A stretch of 64,000 bases of DNA from Laetmonice hystrix (Eukaryota), in assembly GCA_965235115.1 (NCBI GenBank), contig OZ249446.1, positions 7,068,001 through 7,132,000 of the forward strand, in the 5' to 3' direction. Both the position numbers and the translations under genes were made by a program. Every line of letters begins with the position of its first letter. Within the stretch, counting starts at the first letter, position 1. Shown here in pieces: positions 52,601-64,000 of this stretch. Below the pieces are notes generated by a model, which was given only the letters and a program-made list of their open reading frames with translations, searched no databases and had not been told where the DNA came from.

Positions 52601-55600
52601 CAAGTCCTGCATATCCCTGAGGTATAAGTCCGACGGACCTGCATTCCGAGGAAGTCCGTCATGTTGTTTGATTTAAATATTTCTTCATAATCCTATCTCT
52701 AATCCTAACCTTACCTAATCCATTTGCATTTTCTTATAATTATAGTGTCTGATACCACGAGGTTGATGACCTAAGACCTGCATAACCAAGGAATCCAGGT
52801 CCGACAGAGCTCCATTGCGGCGGACTCACATTCCCTTCACACCTGTGCCAACAAAAGGCTCGGCACAGTCTTCCACTGAAACCATCAACTACTGACCAGT
52901 CTCAGCTGTACTCCTTCGTTTTCAGCACTATCTTTTCTAATATAATGACCACACACCTTGCTCAAGAATATACCCTGATATTAATACCTCAGAAATCATG
53001 AATTATTGTGGAAGGAGCCAGAGACTTCTAAAGAAAACCAATGAAGAAAAAGACAAGTTTTTGCCCGGGTACATATAACCTGAGAGTTATAACCACCGTA
53101 ATCCAGAAGGCGTTTTCGATTTACGAACATAACACAACTTTTGAACAGGTAAGCCCCAAATGAAGTAGGGTATCTATAAAGTGAAAGTACTTGTCTTGAG
53201 ACTGGTGTCACTAAAACGTAGACTGCTAATCTATACCCCGCGCTTCATCCCCCAATACTTCCTCCATCTTTCAGATCTTTGGGCGGTCCGGGATGCTATT
53301 TATTAGTGTTGACTTCCAATGCCAGAGGCCAGTGTTGTTGGCCAGGAGGAGTCACACCTGGGCACGTGGGTCCTGGCCCAGGAGCCCCTGGTGGGTGTGG
53401 ACAGGCCCAGGCCTTCCCATGGGTGGTCCCAGACTGAGGGACCTGACAAACCTTAGAGCCGCCATAACATAGACAAGTCGATCGCGGTGGGTCTCCTGAA
53501 AATAGGGACATCACTGACTCAGCACTGCCTCGGCACGTACTTATTTTCAGGGAAACCTGTGGAATACTGAGTTGAAACGTTTGATGAAAACTAAAAGATT
53601 CCAAATCAGGGTTCTGAGTGGCGAAGATTTCAGACATGAAATGACCATTTCCCGGGGGACAAAACTTAACGCAGACAGCTGCAACCCGCCATTTGAGAAG
53701 CTGGACAAAACCCAGTCCCGAAGGCTTCAATTATATTCAGAAGAGTATGTACGCAAGGTTTATGAGGGGAATCATTTCCGAACCGCCAGACTGGCATATA
53801 CACATGTATACACCTCCTCGAGTTCGCATCCCAGTGCACCTGATAGAAGTATAAACTGCACTTCGTGTTTCCAGGGTAAAAACAAAACAACCGCATAAAA
53901 AGTTGACATCAAAGACGTACCGGCGTGCGATTGGTGAGGTTGACAAGCACCAGATCTGAGTAAGCTTTGGGCCATAATTAAAACCAAATCGTAAACCGTT
54001 GATTTGTTCCGAGTCTGAGTTCGGCCGCTGGGTGGTCCACGCCGAGGAAGACTGGACAGAAGCAGGATTTCGGCTGCCCCCAGGGGGAGCCACCGGCAAT
54101 GTCCCTGCTCATTGTCAGGCGTTTTCCGGAAGTGCCACACATAGCAGAAAGTCGGATGAGGGAGAAGAAAGGCGACTTTGAAACATTGGTTGAGGGCCTT
54201 TACAGAGGATATACGAATGTTGTCCAGACAACACACCGGCTCAGGGATGTAGATTCCAGTCATGTATAGATGCTATATCATCAGGACACAGACACTTAAG
54301 AGAGACTCTGGAAAGTCTCTGACTCTGAAATCACCTCTTCTGGTAAACTAAAAATAAAACCTATCGTTTCTCATGTCTTACATACCACTTATTTCTATTA
54401 GTCGAAAGCTATCCGCCATCCCACGTTTTGCCTGCTTTGTTTCCCCTTCTGTTTCTCCTTTCTACTCTTCCAAACCTCCCAACCCTTCCATTATCATGGT
54501 CTATTCTTACACTTTCTCTTTTCCTTTTCATGTGTGCTAAAATATCTCCTGCTACTGCTATGCGTGTCATGGATTTATACATAACAACCCAACAGACTTG
54601 AAGCGTGTTTCAGACCAAAATGCCGCCAAAACCTTGCATCTCCACATGCGGAAACTGGGCGATTTTCTCAACAGGAATAGGCGCCACCTCTTGCTGGGAT
54701 TATTAGAGTGTGCCGATCGCAAAACTCACTTTAATCTACATAGCTCAGCCTCTGTCGTCTTCTTTCTGTTTTCCATTCTTTTTCCACGAAAGAGTCCCGT
54801 AATGTCTCTGCCATCTCTCGGTATCAATGTACACCGAAGTCGTTTTTAATAGAAACAACCAAGGCTAACAATTTCAAAGACAGACTTTGAGACACAGCCT
54901 GGTGACTTTGCGGTTTGCCTGGGGTGTTACAACTATAAGCATAGTGTATTTTGACTGCTCTGTAACAAAGATATGGTATAACAGAACATGGGGTCTCATG
55001 TCCATGTCTATCAGGCTGACGGGGAGCGTAGGTAAAAACCCGACTGTAAGACAAAGTAAGTGTTGATGCAGACGACTCCCCTGTGGCTGGCGTGTACTCT
55101 TACAACATGCCATGTTGAGAGGTTATGTGTTTTCATAACTGTCTCCCTCCATGGTCCTTTATCGCCTGGCTTCAACATTCTTGACGAATGCCCCTTCAAG
55201 TCCCCCCCCCCGCGTTTCTTTTTTCTTCATTCCTGTTATGCCCTGATTCTAAATTCCTGAATTTATATTCAATTATGAGCAGACAGAGATAGTGCTGGTC
55301 TCCCTGTTCGGTGGGCCATTCAAGCCAAAATAAATGCTCACTAGTCCCAATTATGATTTCCACATGTTTGTGTAGAGTGTAACCAAACGTCAGATCAAAG
55401 ACCAGATAAAACCAATCTTGCTACTTGAATTACTTTTATTAGGTTAGTCTGTCAAATTGTATGAGATATAAAAGCTTTCCACATAGATCTGGTGACACAC
55501 GAACCACAGCTTTCCATGATAACCAAATGTTTTCCTGCATTTTTTGTTTAATGAAGATTTTTTCCACGAAACACTCTGAGAACCTTAAATGGAAGCTCCC

Positions 55601-57475
55601 GTGGCTCATAGTTAAGTGAAGAATTCGAAGGCGTCCAGGCTTCTGTACCACATCTCTTGCGAACTGTATCTAATTCTTCTGCTATAAACAAAAAAGCGAT
55701 ACAACCCTGATGATCACAGCTCTCCCTTTAGGGCATTCTTTGTTGCGGTACGTTATCTTTTCTCATAAAGAATCCTGAATTATATACCAATAGTGTTTTG
55801 GCTATCTTACATTACCAAAGAAACTTTTTCTCACACGACTGCCTTTACCCACCCAGACATCAGCAGCCACAAGAAAACACCTCACCATCTTATCATCCTT
55901 TCAATATCACCTCAGTGAAGGACAACCATTTTTTCACCCAGACTTGAAAAAAGCTGATGTGTCAAATATGCCTGGGAGCGCAACCTCTCACAGGTCTGGC
56001 TGAGCTTGGTGGGTTCGGGACGAAAGACAAGGCTCTGCTCACAGATAAGGTCACTCGGAATCAGGCTTCCCTGCAGCAGGCCGGGTGATCCCATCCGGGC
56101 CCTGCTCTCAGACGCCGACTGATGGCCTGATGATGTTCTGTCGGCCTATCTCTCTGCCTATCTCTCGGCGGTCCCTCTGTGTTGCCACAGACAGCCACTG
56201 TCGTGATAACGGACCGCTTTCATCACCCCTGGAGGCGGCGGCCACAGGAGCCCGCTACCTCTGCGTCTCGGTAGAGGGCGGGCGTAAACTCCCAGTAAAC
56301 ATGCACCACTTTGCACGCTTGTATTCTCAGCCTGCCGGACTAAGCGTTTATTACATCTCCACTGACACCTTCAGGCTGAACAGAGATTCTATTATCGCTC
56401 AGTCACTCTCAACTACAACTTCTCTTATCAGTAAACAGCTGTATGGTTTCAACCGTTATCGACTCGATACCTGCTCTTCATTTCTGAAATGCAAGAGAAG
56501 ACCTCGAGTCTCTTGCTGGTGATAAGATCCTTTCTCACAGCAATGGTCCTTTTCTTCATGACTTTGCGACCCACTGGAGTATAACTGGGATAAATAATTC
56601 TCTCATTTCAATCAAATAAAGGCAGGTATGGGAAAAGACTAAAAGTATCTGATGCCTTTAGACTTGAAGTAGAGCTGACATTGTGAAACGACTCCAGACC
56701 ACGTACGAGTCCGGTGTAACCACGGGGCTCCAACTATAGGAGGCAAGCTGTATACAGGATGATGTAATTTATACCACATCTTCAAGACACGGCTAAATAA
56801 TTTAATTACATGCAACAATAAATTCTTAAAAATCGGTAGAATTGACGTAAAAAGTAAAGATTCCTTTCAACATAACTTCATGCCTTCATGTACATTCCCT
56901 AATCAGTTTCGTATGCATGTAGAAATCATCATGAACATTATCAGAGTTGATCATAAATGGACATATTAAACACATGTGAAGTATGAAATATGAACATGCC
57001 TTAGTCATATCGAACCTCCGATGATAAAGTTATTTGTCACATGGAAAGCATGCCGTTTAATGCATCAAACATGTGCTATGAATCAAGGCTCTGCAATGCA
57101 AGATCTCGCCACCCATCCCATCATCATACACGTTTACCCTCCACTCCTCCAAAACGTCACCTGCTGGATGATTCTGGAGGCATCTTTCAGCATTTTCAGT
57201 AATGTAACCACTAAATACTTGAGAGGAGTTTTACTTTTTAACCAAGATGATATATATATGGTTGACTTTGACATTATCTGAACAGGGCAATGAGAAAAGT
57301 GATACTGTTCTCACACAAAGAAAGTGAGTCTGTTCAAGAGTCACAGATAAATGATATCATATGGTACTGATGCCATATATTCATACAGACTGGGGGTGCT
57401 ACACTCACAATAATAAGACATGGAAGATCTGGAGGTTCTACTGTCATATATGAGGAGTGTGATGTACTGCTTCTC

Positions 57476-57956
57476 TCACACATGAAGTAGATTAGATACG
57501 GCTACTGTACTGAAGTAGACTTAACGGTGGTGCTGTCACACATGAGGGAGATGAGGAGGTGCTCTTGAACACATGACGCAGATTAGATGTTCTTGAACAC
57601 ATTGAGATAATGTGTTCTTGAACATGAAGGAGATGAGGTGTTCTTTAACACATGAAGTAGATGAGGTAGTCTTTAACACATGAAGGCGATGAGGTATTCT
57701 TTAACACATGAAGACGATGAGGTAGTCTTTAACACATGAAGTAGATGAGGTGTTCTTTAACACATAAAGGAGATGAGGTATTCTTTAACACATGAAGGCG
57801 ATGAGGTATTCTTTAACACATGAAGGCCATGAAGTGTTCTTCAACACAAGAAGTAGATGAGGAGGTGCTCTTGAACACATGAAGGGCATGAGGAGGTGCT
57901 CCTGTCACACATGGTGGAGATGAGGAGGTGCTCCTGTCACACATGAAGGAGACGAG
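57476..57956. repeat. Degenerate 28-31-bp tandem repeat
   Basis: acacatgaag(t/g)agatgaggt(g/a)ttcttta-like units with many substitutions, so an older array. Confidence 0.88.
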
Positions 57957-60943
57957 GCGTTACGATTTTCACGTCATGTTATGAAGAATACCAGCTGGCA
58001 CCATCTCTGGTTGACAGGCTTGGGGCAGTCAGACAACAGACGATGGCGGAGATTCACACCTGTGGCAGCTGGTCGCAGGTGGGAGTGGCACCATTCAGGT
58101 ACAGGGACCAAGAATCAACTGCCACTCCTCAGATCACACAAAGTATCATTTTTATGAGAGCTGCATTTGTACCATTACTATATCATCCTCTTTTATGGCA
58201 TGACTTCAATCAGTCAACACTAGTCCATGTCCTGGATCTGGTTCGGGTTTCTTACACGCTTTCTAACATTGAAACCCAAGTTCTGCTTAGCGAATCAGAA
58301 ACCCCTCAGAGGATTTAAGTTGATATCCAAACTTTTTTAAGAAACCAGAAGTAGATTTTCAATTTTTCTTTTTTGTAGGAATAGCTAACTGATCCTAGAA
58401 CCAAATGTTGTGATACAAAACAAGCTAGCCCTCTGGAGATCAACCCGGCTACTTCCGTGTCTTTCTGGTTATATCACCTTTAGTTAGGCCTCACAAATTT
58501 GTACGCCTATATACAAAACAAACGTTTCTGGCTACTTGGAATCTCACCAAGTTTCTGTCACGTGCCCATCACAAACTGCCGGTTGAGGGCATCCTCCCTC
58601 GATCAATGTTTTTGTTACGTCAAAATATGGTTCCTGCAGCAAGAATGGTGGAGAACCATTCTTTCCTGCGGGCCTACCGCATCATGTTGGTACGGTAGCT
58701 TGCTGCACACTGCTTGAACGGCCTAGGGTACAGGCCTCCATGATACGTATGCAAATTTATGCATTTCTTTGTGATCCAGGGACAGTTACCTGGTTCATGG
58801 AAGCCAATTGCATTCAACACTTTTTAGAACTTGCTCATCATTTACATAGATCCTTCCCACTGGGGTAAAACGATTCATGTTATCCTCAGAAATAGAATCG
58901 CAATGCCTTCCGCGTCAAGGGTCCAAATAATACTTCTTAATTAGGTATTCACGCTCATCCGGCCCTCCATAAAATAAAAACGTCCCCAGAAGAGAAGAGA
59001 TCATTCCTCTAACTCTCCTTAAGGAATGGAATTTCAAATGACTTGTAACATTCTATTAGACAGCATAATACTTTGAGCAAATTATGTCTGGTCTCATGAC
59101 ACAAGGTTTCACCACATGCTGAGTTCCCATAGCAGATGAGGTCTCCATAGTAAGTAACGTCCCGTATCACTCAAAAGTTCCAAATCACATAGGACCCTAT
59201 TTTTTAATTGATGAACATGTCCCACATTACAGGTCCACAATTATAGAAAGCCTCAGATAACGTGAAGTTAGGCGTTACATTCCGTGTCAGGTTCCATACA
59301 AAAAACATCAAATCTTATACTACTACCTGACAAATAATCTCAAAGATGACAATGTCTCCTCTCCACCAAACATTTTCTTATAAACAAAACCTTATATGGA
59401 ATATCAGTTTTATGTCTGTCATGATGTGCATAAGAAACCGTTCAATGTAGGTTTTACAAATTTGTCATCTCGAGTTATTTTGTACCTGTTCCTGATACGT
59501 CCCTTATAAAGTGAAGCTTTGTTTGGTAATTTTAGACCTACTATATATCTTCAAGGATGGCCAATTGGTAATTCAGCACGGAGCGGGATCATGGCCTGGA
59601 GGTGTACAGTAGCTGTCATCAAGGGCCTCCTGCCTGGTTAGTTACTGGCCATGTGGACAGACCGAGCTCCATGTCCCTGTGTCAGACACCTGTGTCTGCG
59701 GCGCCCCGGGTAGACCTTGTGACGGCCCCTCGTCAGGCTGGCCGCAAGCAACAACTACCTGGCCGATCCTATTATTGTTATGCCATTGTCGTACTCAACT
59801 TGACCTGTGAGATTCACTTCACAGGGACATCAACGGGTCTAGTACGGGTCTGTACTAGTATAAGATTTAGTACAGTCAACATCCCGAGTTGACTGCTTTA
59901 AAAGGAACATTTGTCTAACTGACAACGCTCTGGAGCATGGTAATGGTTACAGTTTATCCCCCATTTACTTGAATTGGGACAAATTATGAAAACACTCCCA
60001 ATATATTTTGAAATTCACTTCTGTCAAACGCAGGGAAACAACAGTTTTACTGCCACTAGCAGATATAAATCAGGAAACCACGGCTGCAATTCACGTCTAA
60101 CTTATGACACATGAATAAAGCATTTTAGACTTCTAAAAGATATCCAAGCAACCCCATTCAGGAATGGGTTCTAAAGCATTCTTTTGATACTCGGTATACT
60201 TTTCTTGCTATCTAAAACATACTCATAAGGAATAAGAGTATTTAAAAATATGTTTTTTTTTAAATACGTGTAAAATACAAATTTAAAATACGCAGCTCAA
60301 AGTTCTGCTCTGACATACACGTAAGTCATTTCAATCGTCAGTCAATTCAAAGGTCAAAGTGCGCCAGCAATGCTTGAGGATCCTTACTAAATATATCATG
60401 AATCTGTGTGTCATACTCTGAACATAGAATAAATACTTTCACGAGCTACTACAGCTCATGTGTCTCAGTCTGGCATCCCTTTGTGTGTAACGTTTAAGAA
60501 ACGTGGCACATGAACCCGACTGGGTATTAAATGAGCCGTGGATGACCTACACAAAAACTTAGACCCCTTTCCCATGAAAGTACGAGAGAGAGAAAAGTTT
60601 CTTTTAATCCGTAACACTGTCCGGTCCCTGACGTGGCAGTGTTCTTCCGTCCCCTCTTGGCGGTACGGAGGAAGATGAACAAACCACTCATGACTGTATA
60701 CCATTATTCAGCGGCCCATAAACTAGCCAACGTCAGCGTAACAAGAAGATGAAGACTATGAATGTCTGAAGAAAGGATGCTATTCTTTTACATTTACGGT
60801 ATTAGTCGACCACCCATAGCCGTGCAGAAACTCAGCAGTAAATCGGGGAAGGTTCCTCAAGTCTGGACCCAAGTCATGGAAACCGGAAGTCTGCCAATGA
60901 TACCGGACCTTGAGGATCAACTAAACCCATTACTCCATGACAC

Positions 60944-61518
60944 TGCTGAGGCTGGGTAGGGCTTCATGTGTGTTATGGAACTAACCCATCTTTGTGCTGA
61001 GGCTGGGTAGGGCTCCATGTGTGTTATGGAACTAACCCATCTTTGTGCTGAGGCTAGGTAGGGCTTCATGTGCGTTATGGAACTAACCCATCTTTGTGCT
61101 GAGGCTGGGTAGGGCTTCATGTGCGTTATGGAACTAACCCATCTTTGTGCTGAGGCTGGGTAGGGCTTCATGTGCGTTATGGAACTAACCCATCTTTGTG
61201 CTGAGGCTGGGTAGGGCTTTATGTGTGTTATGGAACTAACCCATCTTTGTGCTGAGGCTGGGTAGGGCTTCATGTGTGTTGTGGAACTAAACCCATTTTT
61301 GTGCTGAGGCTGGGTAGGGCTTCATGTGTGTTATGGAACTAAACCCATTTTTGTGCTGAGGCTGGGTAGGGCTTCATGTGTGTTGTGGAACTAACCCATC
61401 TTTGTGCTGAGGCTGGGTAAGGCTTCATGTGTGTTGTGGAACTAACCCATCTTTGTGCTGAGGCTGGGTAGGGCTTCATGTGTGTTGTGGAACTAACCCA
61501 TCTTTGTGCTGAGGCTGG
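60944..61518. repeat. 51-bp minisatellite, about 11 copies
   Basis: tgctgaggctgggtagggcttcatgtgtgttatggaactaacccatctttg. Two units carry +1 nt. Confidence 0.97.
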
Positions 61519-61601
61519 TAAGAAGCTGTAAGCATGCTGCGTTACCCCAGACCCCCACCCTCCTATTGCCCACCTGTTGTATGCCGAGGTGTGGTACTTA
61601 C

Positions 61602-61663
61602 CTGGTGACAGGCCTTGCGACATGACTGGTGTACCTCCTCGATGTGTTGGCAGCAGGTTGGGC
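61602..61663 (-). CDS. RECK: RECK coding exon 2: (G)PTCCQHIEEVHQSCRKACHQ, first half of CC1 domain, 62 nt
   Basis: Acceptor ttctccAG and donor CAG|GTAAGT. CC-x9-C-x3-C pattern matches vertebrate RECK ALCCNHSKDNQMCRDVCEQ (recalled sequence). Confidence 0.92.
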
Positions 61664-62290
61664 CTGGAGAACCTGCAGCAGACACCGGATGAGTGAGTGA
61701 CCTGAAGCTTTTACAACCTCTTGGCATATTCATGCAACATTAAAGTCCGCTACCCTTGAGTTCTACGGGAGTGGTGATGAGGCTAAAGTGAGACAGAAAC
61801 TCGCCACATATAGGGAGACAATAGACTCTTTTCGACAAATTGCATATTATGCCAAGTTGCATAGACACGGCTGATGACTATTTGTGGAGCACTGGGGAAG
61901 ACCAGTGAGAGAAATGGTGATGATTCTTCCCCTTGATCTCAAACACCTAGAGAGAGCTATCACATTGCTGCCGTCAATAAATATGATGGATATTATCAAG
62001 AAACAAAGCTAAAGTGTGCCGTCGGGGGTTTACTGATATCCTACAGGTAGTACATAAAACTCTGGTTAATTCCGCGTATTTTGAACCCCCCACCCCAAGA
62101 ATATCCTGAATGGGTCTATAGTCTGGTAAAACCAGAGATTATACATATGGTAAATGCCTTAATGACAGCCTTGCCGGAACAACCTCTCCAGAGAAAACCA
62201 CCTCATTGCCCCATTTTGACATCTCAGTTCCAACCTGACATCGGCCTGCCCAATCAAGACAGCGGCCTGGCCACTTGCTCTGCAGGGGGT

Positions 62291-62305
62291 GCCACCAGGG
62301 GGCAG
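62291..62305 (+). promoter_or_regulatory. CTCF-like motif GCCACCAGGGGGCAG in RECK intron 1
   Basis: Matches the CCASYAGRKGGCRS core. Motif match only. Confidence 0.4.
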
Positions 62306-62674
62306 TTCGATCGCTGTCTGGTCCGTCATCCACTGATGTTGGCCGGGTTGCCTCCTCAACATCTGTCATTTCTGGGTTGCTCTGAATTGGTTTCTGATGT
62401 AAAGGCACCTAACTATATTTGCCTGTCTGTCTTCCTGGCCGTGGGAGGCCAAAGAAAGCCCCTCCCCCACGATACCAGGCTAACTGCGGCACCTTGTCGA
62501 TATAGGCCTAGATAGGGCCAAATCCATCTTTCCTGGAGAAAGTCATTGTTGTGCGACTAAAACATTTTACGTCTTCATGCAAAGTATACACTATACTTGT
62601 CACTTAAGTCATCAACATTACGTATTAAAATTAGTGTGTCAAAACTCAGGTATGCTTTCATCCCAATTAGTCCT

Positions 62675-62915
62675 CCAAGGAATACTATGACAATATTATG
62701 ATGGCGGAGTTGACATTATGGTGGGACCTATACATGCCCTTTTGCTAACCCCCAGTTTGGCCAATGGGCAGAAAGTGCTTTATATATCACGCCCTTTAGC
62801 CCAAATAAGCCACACAATCATCTGTATAGCATTACATTCGTCTTATTGGAACCCAGAGGTGAGAGTCTCTGTGATCAAGAGCCAGAGGTTTACACCACTG
62901 ACCCATCGCAGCCCC
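62675..62915 (-). mobile_element. Degenerate tRNA-derived SINE in RECK intron 1
   Basis: Minus strand begins GGGGCTGCGATGGGTCAGTGGTG (tRNA-like head with A-box), then ...gagactctcacc... and ...tcccaccataat..., motifs I recall from invertebrate tRNA-SINEs. B-box decayed. Confidence 0.45.
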
Positions 62916-63525
62916 ATCCCTTTCTCTCTCACAGTCTAGATCATTTTGCATCATCTCTCCACGGAATAGTGCCCTATTAGTATTATATATATATATGGGT
63001 TCAAATAGACCTATGTAGGCCTGATTCAGCGCATATATACAAAATGACAAAGTGACTGGTGGGGATGTTACCTTGGTAAGCTGGTATATATTCGCACTTA
63101 ATAAGCCAAATGTAAGCAATGCACTCGGTCTGTTGAAGCTTGCGGAGTGTGTGGGCCGGTCCGGGCCGAGTGGCATCACTCACCGGGAGACGCTAGCCAC
63201 AATCACCGACAACTTAGCTGCCACACGGCGTGCCCCTCCTGAGCTTATCATAAGGCGCCCCGTCCTGTTCTCATTACAGTTATTGGCAACCAGTCTCTGC
63301 AGTATCACCTTAGTCCTCAGATTCCATTGGGGTTCCTCTGACATGTGTCCACTAGTGGCAAAAACCAAACTGTAGTTTCACTTCAAGTTCAACCAAGATC
63401 TATCTTAGCGCATCGCCCCTCCCGCACGATAGACGCAGGGCCCATCCCACTAGCTGAGAGTGAGAGTCGTTAAAAAGTTAGCAGCACTCTTTAATTTCAC
63501 TCTGGAGTTTTCTCCATGGACTCAC

Positions 63526-63580
63526 CTTGGCTTGATACCACGGCGAAGAGAAAGCCGACAAGTAAAGATCCTCCAGTCAT
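63526..63580 (-). CDS. RECK: RECK coding exon 1: signal peptide MTGGSLLVGFLFAVVSSQ(G), 55 nt, phase-1 donor
   Basis: ATG at 63580 with an in-frame TGA upstream. Hydrophobic core LLVGFLFAVV. Ends CAAG|GTGAGT (consensus donor). The phase-1 G joins GC of the next exon to give Gly. Confidence 0.8.
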
Positions 63581-63621
63581 CGTACTGACAAACTCTCTGT
63601 GTATATATGATCCATAAGCAT
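63577..63621 (-). other. Candidate uORF MLMDHIYTESLSVR* overlapping the RECK start codon
   Basis: ATGs at 63621 and 63615. The TGA stop (63579-63577) overlaps the main ATG as ATGA. Relevant only if the TSS lies upstream of 63621. Confidence 0.5.
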
Positions 63622-63639
63622 GATGTAGAGTACGCTGTC

Positions 63640-63800
63640 AGTGTGTAAACCTCCCGTAGCACGTTGAGTCGTGTGAAGTGGCGCTTGACCCGATCCGAAT
63701 GGGCTCTTCCCGCCAACCCCCTCCGACCGACCGTCCCCCCGCGCCGGTCGTAGCCAATCAGTTAGGAGGCCTACGGGTCTGTCCCTGGTAATCGCGGCCA
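63640..63800 (-). promoter_or_regulatory. Probable TATA-less RECK promoter / 5' UTR start
   Basis: GC- and CpG-rich stretch with NF-Y-type AGCCAATCAG (CCAAT at 63754-63758) and GC-box-like runs, 60-220 nt upstream of the exon 1 ATG. No TATA seen. TSS not observable. Confidence 0.55.
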
Positions 63801-63888
63801 CTCCACGTTGGTTTCGTTCATTAAGCAATTACTGACACCTGGACATTAATTGCTACATAAGCTGTTGCTTTCCACTCTGAGAACCTAT

Positions 63889-63891
<3 letters not shown>

Positions 63892-63922
<31 letters not shown>

Positions 63923-64000
63923 ATGATCTTTATTGAAGAAGATATACACAAGGCTACAAGATATACACAAGGCTATAAGCCTCTATAAGATCTATAAACC
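63892..64000 (-). mobile_element. 3' end of a polyadenylated retroposon (LINE/SINE/retrocopy), truncated by the window edge
   Basis: Minus strand reads AATAAAgatcatgttt followed by a 27-nt A tract (T run 63892-63918). A short direct duplication (aagatatacacaaggct x2) lies in the adjacent sequence. Confidence 0.6.

Noticed and set aside
3369-61518. 8 of 13 array unit lengths are multiples of 3
   Set aside because: Post-hoc observation on a small sample; several of those arrays contain frameshifting units or stops.

Overview
Animal (eukaryotic, probably invertebrate) genomic DNA of moderate GC with one assembly gap. The taxon cannot be fixed from the sequence. Nearly the whole window is the 5' part of one minus-strand gene, a RECK orthologue (reversion-inducing cysteine-rich protein with Kazal motifs). 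I reconstructed five short coding exons by hand from splice signals: 63580-63526, 61663-61602, 39680-39606, 31963-31927 and 9857-9775. They join in frame into 104 aa: MTGGSLLVGFLFAVVSSQ-GPTCCQHIEEVHQSCRKACHQ-VSEETGTQQQLHQLAEVAQTCPHHL-VSFWQCVNNTFA-AVSSADVWSGLSCCGLPLVTQCQNSCKR (signal peptide, CC1 cysteine-knot domain, start of CC2). Introns are about 1.9, 21.9, 7.6, 22.1 and >9.7 kb; I did not find exon 6 in the window. The introns hold about 13 unrelated minisatellite arrays (about 9 kb), which explain all the long ORFs in the track, plus MITE/SINE/retroposon remnants. No prokaryotic system, CRISPR array or intact transposase is present. Best leads, all hypotheses: (1) a complete plus-strand (antisense) promoter with a mini-exon inside RECK intron 4, next to a 16x CCAAT-box array; (2) a possible alternative first exon giving a CC1-less RECK with its own signal peptide; (3) a uORF whose stop overlaps the RECK start (ATGA); (4) recursive-splice-like AG|GT sites; (5) over-represented TA-GGCC-TA and TA-CATG-TA palindromes resembling transposon excision footprints.
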